Source of the DNA: Wolbachia endosymbiont of Onchocerca ochengi
Lineage (GTDB): Bacteria > Pseudomonadota > Alphaproteobacteria > Rickettsiales > Anaplasmataceae
Length of the DNA stretch: 32,000 nucleotides
Assembly: GCF_000306885.1 (NCBI RefSeq)
Contig: NC_018267.1
Span: 330,001-362,000, forward strand
Reading direction: 5' to 3'
Below are positions 30,462 through 32,000 of the stretch, piece by piece (the stretch's first letter is position 1; the number at the start of each line of letters is the position of its first letter). Both the position numbers and the translations under genes were made by a program. Under the pieces are notes generated by a model. It did not search any database. It was not told the origin of the DNA and saw nothing but the letters and a program-made list of their open reading frames with translations.

Positions 30462-31925
30462 ATGAACGATACTCGAAAAGAAACAATATACCTAATTGGC
30501 ATAGGAGGAATTGGAATGAGCGCAATCGCTGAAATCCTTCACAACTCCAACTATAAAGTTCAAGGCAGTGATGTACGATCAAACGCCAATGTAGATAGGT
30601 TACAAAAGTTAGGCATAGAGATCTATATTGGTCATAATGCTAATAATATCAAGCAAGCTCAAGTGGTCGTATATTCTTCTGCAATAAAATCTGATAATGT
30701 TGAATTAGTTACAGCAAAAGATACCAACAAAATCATTTTGCATAGGTCAGATATACTTGCTGAAATCATGAAAGATAAATATGTAATAGCAGTTTCAGGC
30801 TCAAGTGGAAAGACAACAACAACTGCTATGATTGCTTCCATTTTGGATTATTCCAGTGGACCACTTTCCGCTATCCAAATAGCTGATGCTAGTAGCAAAA
30901 AAAAAGATTTAGATTCTAGCGTCACGCTCCAGAATAACACCAACATAGGAATTGATGCAACCGTAATTGTAGGAGGCATATTAAACTCCTATCAGAGTAA
31001 CTTAAAACTTGGAAAGAGTGACATTTTTTTAATCGAAGCTGATGAGTCTGATGGAACTATGCTAAAAATTCCTGCAAATATTGCTGTCATAACGAGTATC
31101 AATAACGACCACATAGAATATTATAGAACATTTAGTAACCTCAAAAATGCATTTTTTCAGTTTACAAATGAAGCAGATTTTGCAATTCTACCTGATTCTG
31201 TAAGCATTGATCATGATGCAAGTAATTCTATAACGTTTGGGCTTGAAGGTGGTAATATTAAAGCTAGCAACATTAAGCAGTATGCTAACAGTATTAGTAT
31301 TAGTTTCGATGTGTTAGTTAATAATAACCATAGAATAAAAAATGTGGTACTATCAAATGCAATAGGAATGCATAAAATCAGTAACGCCTTAGCTGCAATA
31401 TCCACTGCGATAAAACTAGGAATCAGTGATAAAGAGATTAAAAAAGGTCTCTTGGAATTTAAAGGAGTAGCAAGAAGATTTTCTTTAATCGCTAACATCA
31501 AAGGCCTCAAATTAATTGAGGATTATGCGCATCATCCTAATGAAATACAAGCAACTCTGACAGCAGCGCGTTTAATCGCTAAAGAAAAAGTAATAGGAGT
31601 CATCGAGCTATTTCGTTTTGTTCGTATTCATAATTTTTTTGATGAATTTATACGGATTTTGATGATGTTTGACTATATCATCCTCACCCCTATCCATCCT
31701 CTAGAAGATAAACCCATTCCTGGTTGCAGGATCAACGATATACAAAAAGCTCTATTAAGTAACGGGTTTAATAGTGTAAAGACTGCGAATGATGCTTTGC
31801 TCATTTCACATCTTATTAGTAATTTGACAAATTCAGGCGATGTAGTACTATTTATTGGTCCTAGCAATAACATAGCTAAACTAGCAAGAGAAACTACAAC
31901 ACTCATGTCAAAAATAAAAGTTTAA
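30462..31925 (+). CDS. murC: UDP-N-acetylmuramate--L-alanine ligase
   Basis: 487-aa ORF with [46 protein letters not shown] and [10 protein letters not shown]. It contains a 31-codon insertion after the P-loop, and its C-terminal motifs have drifted. Confidence 0.88.
   Translation: MNDTRKETIYLIGIGGIGMSAIAEILHNSNYKVQGSDVRSNANVDRLQKLGIEIYIGHNANNIKQAQVVVYSSAIKSDNVELVTAKDTNKIILHRSDILAEIMKDKYVIAVSGSSGKTTTTAMIASILDYSSGPLSAIQIADASSKKKDLDSSVTLQNNTNIGIDATVIVGGILNSYQSNLKLGKSDIFLIEADESDGTMLKIPANIAVITSINNDHIEYYRTFSNLKNAFFQFTNEADFAILPDSVSIDHDASNSITFGLEGGNIKASNIKQYANSISISFDVLVNNNHRIKNVVLSNAIGMHKISNALAAISTAIKLGISDKEIKKGLLEFKGVARRFSLIANIKGLKLIEDYAHHPNEIQATLTAARLIAKEKVIGVIELFRFVRIHNFFDEFIRILMMFDYIILTPIHPLEDKPIPGCRINDIQKALLSNGFNSVKTANDALLISHLISNLTNSGDVVLFIGPSNNIAKLARETTTLMSKIKV
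30852..30944 (+). repeat. In-frame 31-codon insertion in murC centred on an A9 tract (protein-coding repeat-like element)
   Basis: [31 protein letters not shown] interrupts [18 protein letters not shown]. Removing it leaves a 16-aa linker collinear with E. coli VSSIYAEAGLDPTFVNGG. Around the A tract, GATGCTAG can pair with CTAGCGTC. Confidence 0.55.
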
Positions 31926-31929
31926 TATA

Positions 31930-32000
31930 ATGAAAAAGATGATCAACAGTGTGTTCGCAAGAGAAATTTTAGATAGTAGAGGTTATCCAACTATTGAAGT
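31930..32000 (+). CDS. eno: Enolase (5' end, runs off the window)
   Basis: ATG at 31930, 4 nt after the murC stop. The translation [24 protein letters not shown] is the canonical enolase N-terminus. Confidence 0.85.
   Translation, partial: [23 protein letters not shown]

Noticed and set aside
2743-31906. Thirteen short ORFs of 60-106 aa lie antisense to or nested in confident genes. Those on the minus strand are 2743-2955, 5061-5381, 7755-7970, 9321-9548, 22088-22357, 22442-22675, 26071-26262, 30659-30841, 31211-31510 and 31673-31906. Those on the plus strand are 13119-13316, 20898-21113, 23641-23889 and 29821-30051.
   Set aside because: Each lies entirely inside a longer ORF with clear family motifs on the other strand. 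Their sequences are low-complexity, Ile/Leu/Ser-rich shadow frames typical of AT-rich genomes.
1-32000. Searches for CRISPR arrays, long tandem repeats, rRNA, tmRNA, RNase P RNA, SRP RNA, IS elements with terminal inverted repeats, prophage genes and toxin-antitoxin pairs.
   Set aside because: I saw no periodic repeat-spacer structure and no conserved cores such as GAAAGTCC (RNase P) or GGAAGCAGCC (SRP). There was no DDE or YADD-type debris and no paired small ORFs. The only microrepeat is the KKLLKKLLKK codon run at about 14480-14515.

Overview
This is an AT-rich window from a reduced, obligately intracellular alphaproteobacterium. It carries a Wsp/OMP-1-type surface-antigen beta-barrel, lipid II/cell-wall genes (murC, rlpA), glycolysis genes (gpmI, eno), pyrB, an era-linked PolB-like exonuclease and ankyrin-repeat debris. 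That combination fits Anaplasmataceae best, and within it a Wolbachia-like genome under heavy erosion; the taxon is inference, since no search was possible. I call 20 intact housekeeping CDS (one partial) and one tRNA-Val. Together they cover only about 16.5 kb, roughly half of the 32 kb. The rest lies in nine gene-less gaps of 0.6-3.2 kb, full of stop codons but still translating into recognisable protein debris. This debris includes a glmS pseudogene traceable from Met1 to its C-terminal motif and an ankyrin-repeat pseudogene. It also includes three tentative remnants (wHTH/ATPase-like; DUF1016-like, cut off at gpmI; a truncated ORF in the ftsL position) and several I cannot identify. Three positive signals stand out. 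Two related in-frame insertions of 26-31 codons, each centred on an A8/A9 tract, sit inside the essential genes rsmH and murC in the style of protein-coding palindromic repeats. Conserved C-terminal motifs of murC have drifted. An 18-bp perfect hairpin lies behind pyrB. I found no CRISPR array, rRNA, intact transposase or phage gene, toxin-antitoxin pair or multi-gene accessory operon, and I see no convincing novel multi-gene system in this window.
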